Numbered from the stretch's first letter, positions 1-12,329 are shown. The stretch: DNA of 64,000 nt from Catajapyx aquilonaris (GCA_000934665.2 JYFJ02002401.1:1-64000); one strand, 5' to 3'. A program made the numbers and translations. The notes: generated by a model not told the origin, from the letters alone.

Positions 1-973
1 TTAATATATTGGATCCGATCATCGTAAACGACTGAAAATGCTATTCATCGAATGTTCCTTTTAGATCCTTTTCATAATCATAAAACTATTACAATACGAT
101 TGTAAATGTAACAATTCGAATGTAAATAAGCACTATTTCTAAGGGTGTCATCAATTGGAAAATGATAGATTCCAGTACCCAATTTCTGACACCCACACTA
201 ACTCTTTAAATGCATCGATATGATTAGAACAAACATTCATAAGAGGAAAAGGACATCTTCAATTACTAATTGTAACCTTCAAACTGTTTCCCCATTTTAA
301 AATAAATGTGTAAAAAATTTCCAAACGAAATTCTGCTCTTAACAGAATTGGCACTTTTCACCCCATATTACACTGTGGCTGTGCAGCACTTGACACTCTA
401 ATTATTTATTTCTTGAGAACCAACTCACCACTGACCTTCACCTCACTACAGGTTTTTAAATAAGGATAGGAAGTGCTGCCAAAGTGGTTAATTACTATGC
501 TACATGTTTTGAATTCTTGTTATTTAACGTTTTCCATAGGCGGTCATAAATTGGGCTAGAAAAATGGGGGGGGGGGGGGGNNGGGGCACACACAAATTGG
601 TCAATTTACCTTACCACCCTTCAACTGCAAAGTAAGCGTTGGCCATATCACTGGGAATCCATGTGCATGACTTGAACAAAGTCATCCCCATGTGTTATCC
701 AGCCTCATTGACGGAGGTGGCAACTTTGGCACAATACACCACCCCTACACTGTGCTGAACAACCCAGATCTCCAGTGAAGATAGAGGTAGGTGAATAAGC
801 TATGGATTGTTTTCCTCCATCAACAACTTTAAAGAGTAGCAACAATCCAAACAAGTGAATATTGCCTTGATTGTTGTTTCAAAAGGGTCGTTTATTGTAT
901 TAATCCATATCATATTCATATATCTTCCTCTTGAAGAGGGGACTTGAGCAGGAGTGCATCACTGTCATACATA

Positions 974-1115
974 CTATCGGGTTCAAATACTTTTGGCCAC
1001 TTTATCCTGGTCTTGCAGCAACCCTTCGCACAGACCCCACGTTAAGGAGGTGTGCGTGTGTGAAGGGTTGCTTCAAGACCAGGATAAAGTGTCCAAAAGT
1101 ATTTGAACCCGATAG
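974..1115. mobile_element. Hairpin MITE family A (TA TSD, Tc1/mariner-superfamily-like), copy 1
   Basis: TA|CTATCGGGTTCAAATACTTTTGG...CCAAAAGTATTTGAACCCGATAG|TA. Arms of ~55 bp are near-perfect inverted repeats. Related copies at 9012 and ~47095. Confidence 0.85.
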
Positions 1116-1199
1116 TAAGCCTACTTGTAAATACCTTTTGAATGTGCATTTAATGTGGTTGCCGTCATTATATTTGTGGAGGAGGGGTTTGGGCAGTGT

Positions 1200-1624
<425 letters not shown>

Positions 1625-1644
1625 GGGGTTTGAGCAGTGTGATC

Positions 1645-2845
1645 ACGGGGAAAAGGTTGGGCAAGAAAACGTGTTTCAAAACATGGTCGTCGAATCCTGA
1701 GGTAACGCCTGCATTTTTGACACTCTCGAAGCCGGTGCCTGAGCTACCTGATAGCACAGTGGATCTTCTGGAAAAAAAAAAATCATTTGTCATCTATATG
1801 ACCCCCACACAATACTCTCTTGTTCATGAAGTACGAAGAGAGTTATTTGCTACCAAAAACAAATTCGTACAGTTTATTCCACCAACATCTTCGGCTCTGA
1901 AGAAACATGCCCTACGTGCCACCTACCGAGCAGGCCATTTATGGGGCAACGCAATGACGTGCGACGTCACTATATTCTCCTCCACCTCCATCGTCTTGGG
2001 GCTGGAAGCTATCCCATGGCATTTGGGTGCCAGAATGGTCTGAGGTCAGTGAAATATGGGAAGAGCTGTCCTGCCTTGACCATTGTGGATGCAAGAAATG
2101 GGTGTGAAACCATGCGCTGTGCATGTCGACGAGTTGGGTTGTCCTGTACACTTCAATGCAATGCTTGCAGAGGAAGTTGCAAAAATCAAAGGTTAATAGC
2201 AATAATTACTTCATAAATATCAGGAATACCATACTAACGTCATGATTTCTCTGTCTGCATATCATCGTGGCCTATCCAGGATGAAGCACTATTCGCAGAT
2301 GCATAGACCTCTCTTGCAAAAGTGAAATGTTCGTATTATTTTACAAGTATAATTATAACACATTGTGCATACTAACGTGATGATTTCTCCATTCGCAGCT
2401 CACCTTTGATCGTCTATAACCAACCACTTGATGTGAAATATTTCTTATTGAAATCGACTCAAGGGAAATACAGTCGACTCGAAATATGACAGGACCGCCC
2501 TTTCTAGTGCTTGATATAGCCGAGGGTGTTATAATATCTGTAGTCGACTGTAAAAGATAAAGTGTTGCATGAACACTGTTTTTATCGTTATTTTCGGGAT
2601 TAGCGACCAAAATTTAGTGGAAATCGACACTTCCCCCGGCAAATTCGTACGAAATAATATTTTCTCCTGACGACATCTTGGAAAACGTCCGCCATCTTGA
2701 ATCCTAAGGGATAAATCTTTCGGTTCCTCGGGTGAAATCAATTAAAAGGGTCTAAGGTATCACTCTGCAAAGCGGTTTGCTATCATCATTAAAATTAAAT
2801 GCAGGTTCCGGTTCCCTGAAAAAATCGTTCGAACCGCTTCCACTA
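1645..2845 (+). mobile_element. Academ-like DNA transposon, degenerate 3' fragment
   Basis: Frameshifted coding remnant GKKTCFKTW...IPPTSSALKKHALRATY...WGW...CGCKK..C.TMRCACRRVGLSCTLQCNACRGSCKN resembles the XPG-like region plus Cys8/CXC finger of Academ transposases. It ends in CGAACCGCTTCCACTA, consistent with an Academ-type TAG..CTA terminus. Confidence 0.65.
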
Positions 2846-2859
2846 CACAGCCTGCTTCT

Positions 2860-3322
2860 GATTGGGCGATAAGGGGAGAAATCCCGCCAAATTTGGGAGG
2901 TAGACTCGCTCTGTAGGTTCCCGACTCACCGCTAGGGTGTTGCGTGTGGGCGAGCCTGCGTGTGGCGTCGGTTTGTTGGGGGAGTGTGTTAAGTGCAGTA
3001 AGTGGTAATCGACAAGTGAAAAGCGTTTATTGAGGTATATATGGTTACAGACACAGTTACGGATGGATTCTGGTACACCTGAAACAATCAGCAACTAGAC
3101 CAAGACGGTGTGGTAGCTGGTAGGGACCAGCACCGGGCGTTGTGTAGGCCCAAGCTTGACCCACCACCAATGCGGCAATAGGTGGTTCCCTCACCAACGA
3201 ATGATATAAAGGGGACTTGTTGTTTCTACCTGTGACGATTGGAGGCTAGTTACCGTCTACATTGGGCTCCATGCAATGACGTCAGGCTTCTTTGTTAACA
3301 ACTGTTGTGCTGATTTCTGAAG
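2860..3322 (+). promoter_or_regulatory. Putative promoter / non-coding first exon for the downstream + strand genes
   Basis: Locally GC/CpG-richer, with a TGACGTCA at 3277 and a plausible donor GAAG|GTGGGT at 3322/3323. Inference only. Confidence 0.3.
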
Positions 3323-3571
3323 GTGGGTAATGGACATTTGGGTTTTGGACCTACAGTATCATTCATACATTTTCAAGATGGCTCAAGTTGATTTTGTGGG
3401 CATACAAGTGAAATCCATTGTTTTTAAAAAATCGAGATAATCGAGGCAAAAATTTGACCTTACATTTTCTTGCATGCTAGTGTGATGACAGAAAATTCTG
3501 GATACCTGCCTCAATCTGAATCTTTAGTACTAAATGTAACCGAATGTAACTGCCTAATATAATCTGCTTAA

Positions 3572-3924
3572 GGTGGAAATGAAGCGACTTGCTAATCAAA
3601 TGCGAGTCTAGAATTGGAATGTTAATAAGAAGGGCTAAAATCAGGGAAACATACGCAACCGATGCAGGAGTAAATGCTGTTCAATCCTATGCATTCCATT
3701 CGAATCTGCGTTTTAAACTCGATTTAATATGGGCCTATTACCGGCTGCAAGTTCTTGTGCGCAGGCGCCATTTTCACGACTGCCAACTTAAACATGGTAT
3801 TTGGAGGTGTGCTTAATATTTTTTTCTTTTTGATGGAAATCGATTTTATTCTGTCGTAATTACGAGGTCCCAATTTGTCATGGCATTTTTAGAAGTTTAG
3901 TTCCGAAAGGGGAGCCTGTAGCTC
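3572..3924 (+). mobile_element. Truncated copy of the TTAA-flanked (Kolobok-like) element at 31406-32226
   Basis: TTAA|GGTGGAAATGAAGCGACTTGC... is nearly identical to 31406-31757; the right end is missing. Confidence 0.85.
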
Positions 3925-4297
3925 GATATCTCGATATCTGTTCTATCTGTTGGACTGCATGTGTCAATGTAACCTCCAATATTCCTAGGTGGATTCTTTA
4001 CTGGTAAGTGACACTAGCAGTAGTACTGTACTTTCAGTGTGACATTCCATTGTATTCGACCTGTATTCGAATGCTTATGCAAAATCTTCATAATTCAAAA
4101 ATGACTTTTACTAGTGGCGAGGTTATCAATGACACCATCACTTGTTAAAATGACTATGGCAAATTAAGGATGCGCTGTGACTAGGGAATGTATGTTCATA
4201 TGATAACCATATACAACACCTTTCCCATTTTAACATATTTCAACTGCCAGGATGTTTCCTCTCCTGATGGCCTTAGTACTTACAAGTATACACTATA

Positions 4298-4713
4298 CAG
4301 GGTGGACCAACTTCAAGTGTCGTTTTATAACGGCGATTAATAGCAGTGATTTTGCGATGACATAGCAGCGACGTGTAAAACGTCCCACTTCGGCGCCATC
4401 GAAAATATTAGCTGCCAATAGCAGCACACATGTAATCAACCCTGCTGCTGGGTTGACCTGGAAAAAAGTAGGTGCACACATGACCTGAGATGCACGCCTG
4501 GGTGAAATGCCTTCTTTGCGGACTGCCGGATTGGCATTGGTGCCGCATGTGGTTGCACTCGTTGCAGCAGGTTCATTACATGTACGCTAATATTGGCAGC
4601 TAATATTTTCGATGGCGCCGAAGTGGGACATTTTACACGTCGCTGCTACGTCAATCGTAAAGCGTTTCTATTAATAGCCATTATAAAACGACACTTGAAG
4701 TTGGTCCACCATG
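4298..4713. mobile_element. Tc1/mariner-type MITE with ~125-bp TIRs
   Basis: TA|CAGGGTGGACCAACTTCAAGTGTCGTTTTATAA...TTATAAAACGACACTTGAAGTTGGTCCACCATG|TA. Confidence 0.9.
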
Positions 4714-5254
4714 TATATACTCCTGCAAATATTAAATGATAAGGTAACTGTAACTATAGCTCTTTCAGTCACTGAGTTGTATTGTTTTTCCAATATTATA
4801 CCTGAGTACAGTATTTTAAAATTTTATTGAGTGTAGTGGCTGAATAATTGCATTCTCTCAATTTTACAACAGCCAGCTAGCCCCAGCTGCATTTTTCCAA
4901 AAGGGCAGCCTGCAAATTATTAAAGAAAAACGAAGATGGTCACCCATCTTGTCATTATGTCAAAGCTGGTATACTTATTATTGGTGCTATTGAGTTAATA
5001 CTGTAAAATATTGTTTAATAAAATCATGTTGTGTTGCAAAAAGTAAGCTTCCTATGAGGAGCCTTTGAAATCTTGGCAAATTACCGTAGAACTTCGGACG
5101 CATGCCGTGACATCGGACGCTTACACTTTTCTTTGGGTAGGTCAGTGGGGAGACTTATGGGGAGTCCAAAAAAGCTGTTTGTCAATGGCATAGGACGGAG
5201 TAAGTTCGAGAGCTCCAGAATACAACATGAGCAAGCCAGATGCGCATTGATGCA

Positions 5255-5374
5255 CTGGTTGCACCAACAAAATTACCGGTCCGATAGCTCTTAATGGACA
5301 GATAGGTAGACCTTTCAACATGTGCTATTGGTCCGTTAGGAGCTATCGGACCGGTAATTTGTTGGTGCAACCAG
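5255..5374. mobile_element. Short palindromic MITE
   Basis: CTGGTTGCACCAACAAAATTACCGGTCCGATAGCTC...GAGCTATCGGACCGGTAATTTGTTGGTGCAACCAG inverted arms. Confidence 0.75.
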
Positions 5375-5926
5375 GAATGAGAGTACTTCTTACACACTTT
5401 CTTTCTCTGACATAAAACCACGTACATTAAGATATGTGTTAATGGGATCAAGGTCGTGCAGAATGCAGTACAGTACAGTGACAATCTCAAAAGCGAGCAT
5501 GCATCCTATATTATTATGACGGAATGTTTTCAGAAGTACATCAATGTTTGGTGATATAATATCTGGTAATATTCATTACTGAGGCCCTTTAAGTCACTCT
5601 TTTTATTATAGGCCTGCGCATGTGAAATTACAGACCCTATTCAGTTACCTGATTAAAAATTAGGTACTTGAAACAAAGATGGACATAAAAGGCAATCTCA
5701 AAAATGTAGCTCTTAAAAGTTGTTCTGCTTCCATTTCATATGAAGCAGCGCCTGGAGTGAATTGACCGTCGTGCTGCTTTGCAAAAGACACGTGACACAA
5801 GTGAAACTAAAGGTGTGGTTTCCAGTAGTGTTGTTGCTTGGAGTTCGTCGTCATCATCTTTATCCTCTTTGCTGGTGGTGCTGAACCAGCCTTGACATTG
5901 CTGAACCCCCTGACACAAGCAGTAGC

Positions 5927-6601
5927 ATGATGGCAGTCAACATCGCAAAGCGGCGTCGATCTCTCTCACCTTCATCAGGGAGTGGAGATGACAAGAGCTG
6001 GCCAGTGCGAGTTCTACGGGGACGTGTTGTGTGTCATCCAAGCGTTCATTGGACCTCTCAACCTTACTACAGTCGAGTTGGTGAAGAGCCACTTGATGCA
6101 ACGCATGACACCTCTAGTGTCACCGGTGACTTAGAAGTTCCAGGATGGCGTATTAAGTCATACACCAGTTATTCCTACTCCTTAAGGAGTAGGAACTGGT
6201 TGGAAGGCACTGAGTCTCTAGCTGAAGAGGTATTTGTAAAGCGACACCAGAAGTTGGAGGCAGATGAGAAGCGGCGAAAGCGATGGGACTTACAGTGGAT
6301 GAGACAGCAGAGGGAATATGAACACCTCCGGCAAAGATATGGAGCTGATGCTGGTGCCAACTCTCAAGGGACCACTGGAACCAAGGGCACAAGAGGAGGG
6401 AGGGATGATGATGATTCAGAGGACTCCAACAGCTTTTGGCCTGATCCAAATGACGCGCTTTATATACATGTTGGAGAGACAATTCCAGTGGCTACATTTG
6501 GTCATCTAGTGCCCCGCTTGTCAAAGGCTGCATTTGGGCTACCCTGGGCACATTCGGCAGCATGTGCTGGTGCCATTCGCAGAAAAAAGACCCGCAAGTA
6601 G
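5927..6601 (+). CDS. msl-1-like: PEHE-domain protein, male-specific lethal 1 (MSL1)-like, intronless, 224 aa
   Basis: LEVPGWR...EGTESLAEEVFVKRHQKLEADEKRRKRWDLQWMRQQR matches the PEHE signature. SFWP....ALYIHVGETIPVATFGHLVP...FGLPW matches the MSL1 C-terminal segment. Intact ORF with an in-frame stop upstream at 5882. Confidence 0.85.
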   Translation: MMAVNIAKRRRSLSPSSGSGDDKSWPVRVLRGRVVCHPSVHWTSQPYYSRVGEEPLDATHDTSSVTGDLEVPGWRIKSYTSYSYSLRSRNWLEGTESLAEEVFVKRHQKLEADEKRRKRWDLQWMRQQREYEHLRQRYGADAGANSQGTTGTKGTRGGRDDDDSEDSNSFWPDPNDALYIHVGETIPVATFGHLVPRLSKAAFGLPWAHSAACAGAIRRKKTRK

Positions 6602-7215
6602 CTTCAGGACTACCCAAGAAATTGCTAAAGACCTGTTTTTACATTTGGTAGAATGCATCAATGTGTCAAGAAGTGCTTTGACAGGAAACATCTTATTAGA
6701 AAATTGAACTGGGCATGATCTCAAGAGTAACAATCACTACTACATTCTAAGCTGTTTGAAGAGCAATGGCTAATGCTATATGGCATGCAGCATTTAAAGA
6801 GCCAATCTGAAGTTTGCTTTTTTTTTGTTATTTCTCACTTGGTACTTCTTGTCCTGGGTTGCATTCTACCAGACGTGGAAGCAGGGCCTTACCAAGTGTT
6901 TATTTCTCGTGTTAGTGTTTTCCACCTGTGATGGCAGAAGGCTTATTTTTGGTTAGCTTGCTGCTTGCCCAGAACTCTTAGCAGTTGGAGAAAGACAACA
7001 GTTGGCCTTGATAACTGTATAGGACTGGTGCAAGTGTGAGTGAAAAAGGGTGTGTGGTTTCACTTGAAAAGGTAGCCCATCCTTGAGTGTGTGTCCTTTA
7101 TTTCAATCAATGTTAAGTCTGATGTGGGCCAAAAATCCTACTAGTTAAGGAAAATAATGGCATAAAAATGATTGTGACTTATTACAGTAACAATGGTGGG
7201 CCACTTTCCATGCAA

Positions 7216-7401
7216 GCATAATAAATAATCATGTAAACTGAGCATAATAAATAATCATGTAAACTGAGCATAATAAATAATCATGTAAACTGAGCATAAT
7301 AAATAATCATGTAAACTGAGCATAATAAATAATCATGTAAACTGAGCATAATAAATAATCATGTAAACTGAGCATAATAAATAATCATGTAAACTGAGCA
7401 T
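7216..7401 (+). repeat. Perfect 26-bp tandem repeat x7 (GCATAATAAATAATCATGTAAACTGA), each unit containing AATAAA
   Basis: Units start at 7216, 7242, 7268, 7294, 7320, 7346 and 7372. There are no spacers. Confidence 0.95.
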
Positions 7402-9011
7402 TCTGTCTTGTTAGTTATCACTGCCTGAGTACAATTTGGTTCATAAACCTATAATAAAGACTCTACTGAACTAGTAAATTGCCCATAATGCATCAGGAAT
7501 TTTATTGTGGTAAGTCAGTGTGCTGAAATTAATGGTACCGGTAGCAAGCATGTTGTCATGTTCCTTGAGTACCTTCTTTTAGAGGTGTGCATTGAAGACA
7601 TACATGGATCCCAATGGCAGTGATGGGAACTTTGCTTCAGCTAGTGAAGGGGATGTGACTGAGGGAAAACAATACCCTCATCAGTCCGAAAATGTTGCAG
7701 CTATGATTTCAGCTGATATCGAGATGAAAACCCCAATGTTGAATGTGGATGGCTTGCGGGCTGTTTTTTTTTTTTTTTTAGTCTGCAGAAATGGATGGTG
7801 GAACAAGGTGAATTTTTGCCTGATGAAACTATTTTGTTTATATTTCATGTTTATGACCTCATCTCATATTACCATTTACTGATTTTGCAGTGTGTAAGCA
7901 TTGACAGCTTAATAGTGAGGAGGCTGTGGTGTACGAAGGTAGACCTGCAGCCATTTTCGGATGGTTTGAGGGGCCTAATTTCACCGCTGAACAATTCTTG
8001 TACGAGACCAAAAAATGAGGCCCACAGCTCACCACCTTGAAGATGACTTGGGGCACAATCAATATTGTTCCTTTGCGAAGATGATTGGAAGTAATTTTCC
8101 TAACCTCCAATCCCTGAACCTGGGAAATGCATGTATTTGCATTTTTGCAACAAAAGCATAAAAGTCTGGACCAAATACTGCCCCAAACTGATGCAGTGCC
8201 ATGTGTGAAGTTGTTGCCTCCTGGAAGTACTGGACCTCCCAAACATGCAAAACTTGAGTGGAAATTGCTTTCAACATGCAGGCGCTTGAGTAGAATTAGT
8301 TTCCCCCAAGTCTGTGGGATGACCTCAAAGGGAGTGATGCTTCTTGCAACCAACTGTCCCAACCTAAAGGAACTAAAACTTTGGGAACATTCATTGTGTG
8401 CCTGGAATGCCCTTGACTTGATGCTAGAGAGGCTGACCGGCTTGGAAGTCCTCTGGATGCACAATGTTAACCACTAGAGTGTTCCAGTCATCTTAAGAAT
8501 ATACAGCAACTCACTTCTCTGCAAGAACTTAACCTGAAAGACAATCCTGGGTTGGATGATGAGATTTGGAGGTGCATATCAAAGAAGTGTACTAGGCTGG
8601 AGATTCTGGACATCTCAGGTGAGTTACAGTATTTAGGATGGTTTTCAAGGTACATTCTCATTACGGCATTCTCTGACTCTTGCACATTCTGAATTTCTTT
8701 CATCCCTGCAAAATTGCTTTGGCTGACTAGTCGTTGAAATAGTAGAGGGTGCCCTTGAAGTAACTGTGCACTGAATCATGAGAAATAATGATGAAATGTG
8801 GTGAAAGTCTGTGGGGGCCATTTCCAACATCTGCTGTAGGCGGAAAGGCATAATATTAGTAGTACACTTCCAGTGTACAGTAAATTGACAGACATCCTGT
8901 ATTTATTCAGATTGGGATAGAAAAAAAGCACATGTCCCCCATGAAAATGAGGCTGTTTTATTATGGGGAGTACAAAATATTAAGTTCCATTATTGCTCAG
9001 ACTATGAGGTA

Positions 9012-9062
9012 CTATCGGATTCAATTAGTTCCGACCACTTTATCCTGGTCTTGAAGAAACCC

Positions 9063-9095
<33 letters not shown>

Positions 9096-9175
9096 ACACC
9101 TCCTCACCGTGGGGCCTGTGCGATGGGTTGCTTCAAGACGAGAATAAAGTGGCTGGAACTAATTGAACCCGATAG
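9012..9175. mobile_element. Hairpin MITE family A, copy 2 (internal CA repeat)
   Basis: TA|CTATCGGATTCAATTAGTTCC...GGAACTAATTGAACCCGATAG|TA; homologous to 974-1115. Confidence 0.85.
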
Positions 9176-9376
9176 TACGGGAACCCAATATAGTACTGTC
9201 CCTTTATTGATAGACCCTTTATCATTTGAATATTTTAAAGACCTTGAAAGATGGCATTTTAAAATATGGGCAAGACAAGTTGTCACTTTCAAAATGTTAT
9301 GGTGATACTAAAACTGTATTTTAAAAAATTATAGTCACCTTTTTTTTGGAGACCTGGCCTCCAAACTGGGTCATCC

Positions 9377-10168
9377 CAGTAATGGGGAGTATCTAGATAT
9401 ACTGTATCTGGACACCGAAATGAGTAGCTTTTATCTCATCTAGGTAATTTGAAGTTTGTGCATCTATACTTGTATCTAGCTACTTTACATAGAGTATCTG
9501 CATGGAATCATCACCCGATAATTTTCCAGATACTTTTCCAGATACTTTTTAGGTGATTTTCCTGATGAAAACATGATTCCCCTAAACAGAAATAATAATG
9601 AAGTGTTGTATGCATATTGATATTGCATAGTGGTGCTGGTGGCATGGTGGTAAACTGGTAATGTCAAAAGTTTTAGTGTGCCTGTCAGCTGTGACTCAGT
9701 GCCAGAAGCTATAAGGGCTGATTCTACCAGCAGCGTTTGAGCGCTGAGCTCTGTGAGCACTGAGCAGTGCTCACAGACAAAATTATTGTACAAAGGTTTA
9801 ATTCTCCGTGACCAAACAGAATAATAAAACAGTGAAATTGGTAGCACTGATAGCAGTAGACTGTAGAGTAGCTTATTATACTACAGTGCCAAACTAATAA
9901 ACTATTTAACTATACATATGTTTCAATCTACAGTGAACCAGAGTATAATGTAATTGAGAATGACAAATAAGTCAAAAGAAATATATTCACACATGTCTGC
10001 CAGTCGGTATATCGTATATGGAGTTGTATGGACGGTATCTGAAATTGTATCTATCTACTATCTAGATACAATGTCGAACGAGTATCTAATACAGTATCTA
10101 TATGGAAATATTTTCAAGTATCTAGTATCTCATCTAGATACTTTTTGAAAGTATCTTCCCCATCACTG
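9377..10168. mobile_element. hAT-like non-autonomous element inserted in the FBXL pseudogene
   Basis: TIRs CAGTAATGGGGA / TCCCCATCACTG, many subterminal GTATCT/AGATAC motifs, and a degenerate flanking duplication gtcatcc / gtcgtca. Confidence 0.7.
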
Positions 10169-12248
10169 GTCGTCACTTCTCATGGATGGTGGCCTTTCCC
10201 ATCTTCCCTGCCTCAAACATCTTCGGGATCTTTCTATATCAACCATTGTGACAGGGTCTATGGGACTGGCCTGATTGAATAAGTGGCCCACAACCAGAAG
10301 CTGACACAACTAGTAGCCAAGGGATGTGTGAGACTAAGAGAGCAGCATTTGGGGACAATCTTTCATTTATGCCCTGGGATAGTACTCCTAGATGTGACTC
10401 ATTGTTGTCACATAACGATGAGAGTGGTAGACAAAGTGATGAAAGCATTCCTTGCAAGGGTCCAGGGAAAGCCGCTATCATATATTCCAGATTCAGCTAC
10501 TATGATGGTTAGGATAGTTAGGATAATCCACACAGTTGTATGAATGGTGATTTCCCAGTTTTGATATTGACAAAGGTTTTATTTGTTTTAACCAACTTTG
10601 TAATGATTATGACAGTAAAAATTGTGCCATCAATTTCACATTTGAAGTTGATGAATATTCTAAAGATATTTATGTCCCTTGTAAGTAGGCTATTTCATGA
10701 CCATCAACACTACCATTATGAAGAATTGTGTTTATATGAGCTACTTACAGTTAGTTGTTAACACAATATATGAAAGTTTTAGATTTTCCCTGTGCTTCTC
10801 AGACATGTTAAAATGCCCTATGTCTAACTCGTAAGAACTATTTATGGATGACCATAACACTTTGGTCCCTTTCCTGGACATGTGAAAGGCATCCAGAACA
10901 TTATCTGGATGGATTCTGAACTCTTCTTTCGGGCATTATTATTGGACCCTTTGTGTTGACTGGGAGCAGGTGTATTCAAGGACCCAATCATTGCAACAAT
11001 AAATTTTGACAGGCTGCATTCCCTAAGAGATTGGGGCAGAAGCTATAAGCCAGGCAGATTTTGCAGTAATTATTATCTGAGGACTTGAATAAAAATTATT
11101 CAACATTGAAGTTAAAACATTATCACTAGAGTCAGGATTTTTAGGCAAATGCCTATATGTAGTTCCTTAATAGTTGGGATGGTTTTGTGAAAAGATCTAT
11201 CAGTTTCATAAGTGCAGGATGTGGAAAATGTAGGTTTTATAGTGCCAAAAATTGCCTATTTCGTGGTTTTGGGAACTATTTTGCCTATTCTGTCTTTTTG
11301 CGACTTTTCATGCCTACTTGGCCTTGCTTGGGATAGTTTTTGAACATTTTGAAGCAATTCGGGACTTTTTGGGCCTATATTACTTATATCTTCTGAGGCA
11401 TGTTTGGTTTTTTTGCAAAGTATTTTTTGTGCTCCTGAAAGGACCAAAATCGTTCACAAGTAATACTACGAATGATGTTTCCGTCCAATCACAGGAATAA
11501 AATTTAGAAAAATATTTGGCAACACTCATATTGTTCAAGTGGAAAGTAGAGTCCAGAGCAAGTGATACTTGCTTGCACTTTGTGTCTTTTGCCCATGTTT
11601 CGTGATTTCCTGTCAGTTTATCGTTGTTATTCGGTTTTTTGCTATGGTTTGTGGCCTTATATTTATACGTACTTTAGGCCTATAAAATTATTCTAGCTTT
11701 TTTATTTTTTCTGCAACATTATGCTCCATACGTCCGAAAAAGTAACAATTTTGTGCCTATTTGATGTTTTCTCATGCCCATTTGAGGGTAAAAAAGCTCA
11801 TTTACGTTACAAGTGTTAAGAATAGATATGTAAATACCAATAAAGTTTTTCTCAATTTTTCCTGGTATGGAAAAAACAAACAAACAAACAAAAAGATCGT
11901 TCTGCCTTTCAGGTCTGTGATACAGAAATGATAGTTTTAGTGAGAAATTTTTTCTTATTTTTAATCACTTTGAGTAGTTACTTTTCATGATTATCAAAAG
12001 CATTTATTTAGCTGCTAATATTTATTTGGGTTGTCCACACAACCTGTTTTTTTTTTAAAATCCTGAAGTGGAGTCTGGCCTGCAAACAATGGGTTCAATC
12101 ACTGTGATAGGCATATTATTTTGATGCCACTTGTTCCATTGGGCTATTTCTAATGGAAATTTGTTTCAATTTACAGCTTGGACAGACGATTCCATTCAGC
12201 CTAATGCATTAGCAGTTAATACTTCTTCTGATAATCACTAATACAGTA

Positions 12249-12288
<40 letters not shown>

Positions 12289-12329
12289 CGTTTACGTTTA
12301 CGGATATAACAGCATAACTGTATAACCCC

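Larger units (their letters stand above)
7604..11090 (+). pseudogene. F-box/leucine-rich-repeat (FBXL-type) pseudogene retaining introns
   Basis: F-box-like LNVDGLRAVF.FLSLQKWMVEQ|VCKH*Q spans intron 7808-7890, with the conserved Trp replaced by TGA at 7902. Cys-containing LRRs (FPNLQSLNL, CPNLKELKL, LTSLQELNL, CTRLEILDIS, LKHLRDL, LTQLVAKGC, CPGIVLLDVTHC) lie in different frames with stops. Donor at 8618/8619, a MITE at 9377-10168 and AATAAA at 11088. Confidence 0.8.

Noticed and set aside
565..586. Poly-G/C tracts with Ns (also ~27526, 44291, 50859)
   Set aside because: Homopolymer-associated assembly uncertainty; lengths are unreliable.
600..790. Possible exon fragment on the minus strand
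   Set aside because: Stops in all three frames and no recognisable product.
3589..3816. Duplicated small [15 protein letters not shown]... (also at 31453)
   Set aside because: Both copies lie within the same non-autonomous transposon; no coding evidence.
7216..7401. CRISPR-like repeat
   Set aside because: Head-to-tail identical units with no spacers, no cas genes and a eukaryotic context.
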